Assembly: GCF_009834535.1 (NCBI RefSeq)
Contig: NC_045715.1
Span: 14,632,001 to 14,696,000, forward strand
Direction: 5' to 3'
Origin: Camelus ferus
Lineage: Eukaryota
DNA length: 64,000 bases
Below, in pieces: positions 60,561 to 64,000 of the stretch (positions are counted from its first letter, which is position 1; every line of letters begins with the position of its first letter). The notes below the pieces were generated by a model. The model did not search any database, was not told the origin of the DNA, and was given only the letters and a program-made list of their open reading frames with translations. The translations under genes were made by a program, and so were the position numbers.

Positions 60561-61829
60561 TGTAGTTACCTTAGTAAGAAATCTCTAGGCTCTCCTGGTT
60601 ACTAGAGGAAACCTGATAACATATGTCCCAAAGTGTGAAAATGGAAAATTCAGGCTTAGTCTCAAAATTCCAAAGTAGGAGCTAAAGTTTGCACCCTCCT
60701 AAATCTCAGACTACTGAAAGCAAATAATAACAAATTTACGGGGAACTGCAAGTTTTGACAATGAAAGACACTGTGTTGGCAGTCACCCCTGTGTCTCTTA
60801 CAGAAACTCTACCCATTACTTGCTTTGTCATGGGAGTAAATTAATCTGGACTTGAGTAATTCTTCTCTGCAAAATGAGGACTGATTGAGCTCTGTAGCCC
60901 TTTTGGTTCTAAGGCAGCCTGAATGACCAGGGTCCCACCTTGGATACACATGAAGCCTCATCCTTTTGATTTTTAAGTTAAATCTAGCATGGGCCTCCAG
61001 AGACTGGCAGGCTCTCCGGTCTCTTAAGTGATCCAGATCACACAGGTCTGGTAATCAACACCTCCTGGAGAGGAAACTGTCATATATGACTGGTCCACAA
61101 GGTAGCCCCCTTGTGGCTGCTTTCTGCTCCACCCCTGCCTTCCAGGAGACCTGGGCTGTCACAGCTCAGTGCTCCCGTCCTCCCTTGTGACGATGCTACT
61201 ACTGGTCCAGATCTTCTGCTGAGTAGCCCTTTAGGACAGGATGAGGATCACATTCTCAAGGTCCATAGCTCTTGGTCTGCATTTTCTTACTTGGCTGTTT
61301 CACCCCAACCCCAGCACACCCACACTGTCCACCCGACACTAGGACCACCTCTCCATCGTCCTGCTGTTGTGGAGTTGGGCTTGCATTTCTAGACCCTCCT
61401 TTTGCTGTCATGCTGAGACCCCCACACCCTTGGGGTCTTTGTTTGCCAGCAGACCTCAGTCCGTCTACTCTGACCCATCAGAGACTAGTTTGTGGATGCT
61501 CACTTGTTCTACATTAAAGTTATTCTTCCTGGAACAAGGGAAACCTCCAGGAGGACTTGCCCTGTCTAGGAAGTGGCTTGCAGATTTTAAATAACTCCCT
61601 ACTTCATTTAAAAATAAAAATCCATAGTTCTGATTAACCAGGCACCCATTTAACATTGCATGTTTCTATGAAGGATGAACAACAGTAAGAGAAGCGGGGC
61701 CTACAAAAGGAGGGACCAGGAGGGTCAGCATCTGTAGTCAGCATCCCATTAAGCAGATACAGTCGCTGATCAGAAGTCCTTTTGTCAGGACCCAAGGTTT
61801 CCGCTAAGGCTGTGGGAAGTTCCTGTGGT

Positions 61830-62010
61830 GTGCGGCGGGGTGCTGTCCATCATCACGATAGAAGGGACGGATAATCTACGCCATCCACGCAGCGATCAGC
61901 CCTCCACGCGTGGCGGCCATGTGCCTGAGCTGCCCCTCCCGCTTCTCCCAACTTGGACGTGAACGTGAGGGCCAGCCGCAGACCGCCTGCGGGTGCGGGC
62001 GGGGCTGGGG
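61830..62010. promoter_or_regulatory. Small CpG-rich cluster (below CpG-island size)
   Basis: About 18 CpGs in ~180 bp, with GC-box-like gggcgggg at its right end, in an otherwise CpG-poor window. Confidence 0.35.
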
Positions 62011-64000
62011 GTGAGACTGTCCACCCCGCAGCATCACAGGAGAGCCAGCCAGTGGGGGGCCTGTAAGCCTGCTGAGTGATTTTCAAAGAGAAAGGGCAGT
62101 TTTGCAAGGCAGCATGGGGAAAGCAAGCTGGATGGATGCAGAAGGAGGCAAAACAAGCTAGAAAAACATCACCGTTTCTTGCCCAACCACTGAATATGTG
62201 TCTTCAAACATGAGCCCATCCTTACCTGGCAATAACGCAGTTGAAATAGATCATTTAAGTAATTTCGCATGAGGGGTGAGCCCAGCATGGCCCTTCAACT
62301 GATAACCATCCATAACAAGAACACTGACACAGCAGCTTGAAGTGCAGGAAAATTTTATTTTCTTCATAATCAGCTGAAAATGTTGTGAATACAAGCCAGA
62401 GAATAGGCTTGTATTAGATGTTTTTTGGTGCCTTAAACAACTAATTTTTTTTCTAAATAGTAACTGCACCATCCTAGTTAACTTTTGGGAATGAAGTGAA
62501 GAACTTGGGTTTCACTGGGAAATCTACATTCATCTTAGCGATGGCATCCCATATCCTCAACTTGGTTATTCTCTGAAGACGAATTCTTCCAGAATCGGGA
62601 CCCTGTATTTGCCTTGTACTCACCCCATGTGTCAGGGAAAGCAGTAAAGGCAAAGCCCAGCAGATGGCCTTCAGCCACGACAGGCTGATGTACAGAGCAC
62701 GAAATGCACGATGTCTGTGACTCCTGGACCCCACTCCCCATCTGACGAAAACCTCAGAAGGTGACTTGCTGATCCTCGGTTTCATAATTAGAAGTTTTTG
62801 CAGGAACAGACCAAGTCAAGAGAAAAGGTACACTTTTATTAACTAGCGGTTGCTCTAATTAAAGTTATTAGTTAAGGAAGGGCTGTTACTCGGGGCAAAA
62901 CAATCAGAAGGAAGTTTTAGCAATTAAGTCAAATTCACTGTGGTTGTGAGGGTTTGGGCTCCCCCACCCCTTTCTTTCTGGAAAACAAAACAACCTCAGG
63001 CAGTGTTCTGTGCTTCCCAAAGAGCGTCCTGACTCCGTAGTGGCGGGAGAGCAAACGGAGAGCAGCGAATGTGCTGTTGATTCTATCAGCAGGTTAATTA
63101 AGAAAGCTGTTGGCAAGGATTAAAAAAAAAAAAGCAGGCACGTTTTCAGTTCACATTGACAAAACTCATGACCTAGGCAGAACTGGTGTTTGTTCAATAC
63201 TCACAAGACATGCCAGAGGCATTTAGAGGAAAAGGCCGACAAAGAAAGCTGCAAGTCCAGTACGGGATGTCCCCTGTTAATAATGTTAGCAGAATTGATC
63301 GTTTGAAATTCCACGTGCTTTTTCCTCTCATATAAATTATGTAAGCAGAAGTGTTCAGGGCCTCAGACGCACTCTGAAAAGCCCAGTTCATTCGTAATGG
63401 AGACATCGTAAAGGAGCGCTGGTTTGGGAGTTGGGAGACTGGGTTCTAGTCTGGGATCTCAACTAATGCGTTTCGTGGTTTGGGACCGTGGATTCGACTC
63501 TGTATTTCCACTTCTAGCCTATGTGTACCTTCAACACAGCCCAGTGTCAGGAGCTCGGAACCCTTTCTCAGGCAGCATCGTCCTTTGGGGAAATCTGGTC
63601 TAAGCTCTTATACGGGATGGTAGGAACGTATTGCTCACTGGGCGGTGGCGCCGAGTGAGACCGTCCTTCTTCAGGAGCGAATCACTCCGGCTTCCTCTGC
63701 TGCTGGGGGGCTGGGCAAAGACTGACGAGGAGTTTGAGAGGAGACAGTACTGGGGGGTGTCTTGTGTTTGCAAATCCTAAAGTCAGACCTATATCAGGAG
63801 AAAGCTTCCAGTTCCCTAGCTAAGCTTTTATTTCATTGACCGTGGGGTTGGCTGTCCTGCTCCCTTCCACGGTCGTTAATCATTCGCAGTCCCTCAGAGC
63901 GCGTCCCCTTGGAAACACCACAAGCCAGTTCCTCATGTCACCGCCAAGCATGTAAGTACTTATGGGACTGCTTAGGGGACGTGGAAAGGAGTGAAAGGGT

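Noticed and set aside
62388-62415. 10-bp stem hairpin aatacaagcc/ggcttgtatt
   Set aside because: A stem of this size is expected by chance in a window this long and is too short for a pre-miRNA.
562-63406. The supplied ORFs of 60-162 aa as protein-coding genes
   Set aside because: None resembles a protein family I recognise. Many lie in TEs, microsatellites or N-gaps, or overlap each other on both strands. Their lengths fit chance in mammalian DNA.
1-64000. CRISPR arrays, operons, defence systems or other prokaryotic features
   Set aside because: The sequence is eutherian repeat-rich DNA with no regularly spaced repeat-spacer array and no long ORFs.

Overview
Eutherian, almost certainly camelid, non-coding genomic DNA. 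The taxon call rests on four tRNA-derived SINEs that match my recollection of the camelid Vic-1 family. The window is a mosaic of interspersed repeats: L1 of several ages, L2, MIR, MaLR/MLT1 solo LTRs, one ERV1-type solo LTR with a perfect 4-bp TSD, and hAT/Tigger MITEs (MER5A, MER53, MER58A, MER2). It also holds microsatellites, three N-gaps and several TE-poor unique stretches. I recognised no protein-coding exon, structural RNA gene, CRISPR array or prokaryotic system, and the supplied ORFs look like chance frames. Best-supported oddities: (1) a U6 snRNA/L1 chimeric retrocopy at the left edge whose L1 part is also internally deleted; (2) a MER53 hairpin at ~55.3 kb whose two arms share the same variant bases; (3) an ERV1 solo LTR nested in an old L1 and carrying adjacent CRE-like and forkhead motifs. 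Weaker candidates are regulatory clusters and minus-strand exon-like segments, including a 9-nt microexon. Repeat family names come from remembered consensus sequences, not a database search. Boundaries without a stated TSD are approximate.
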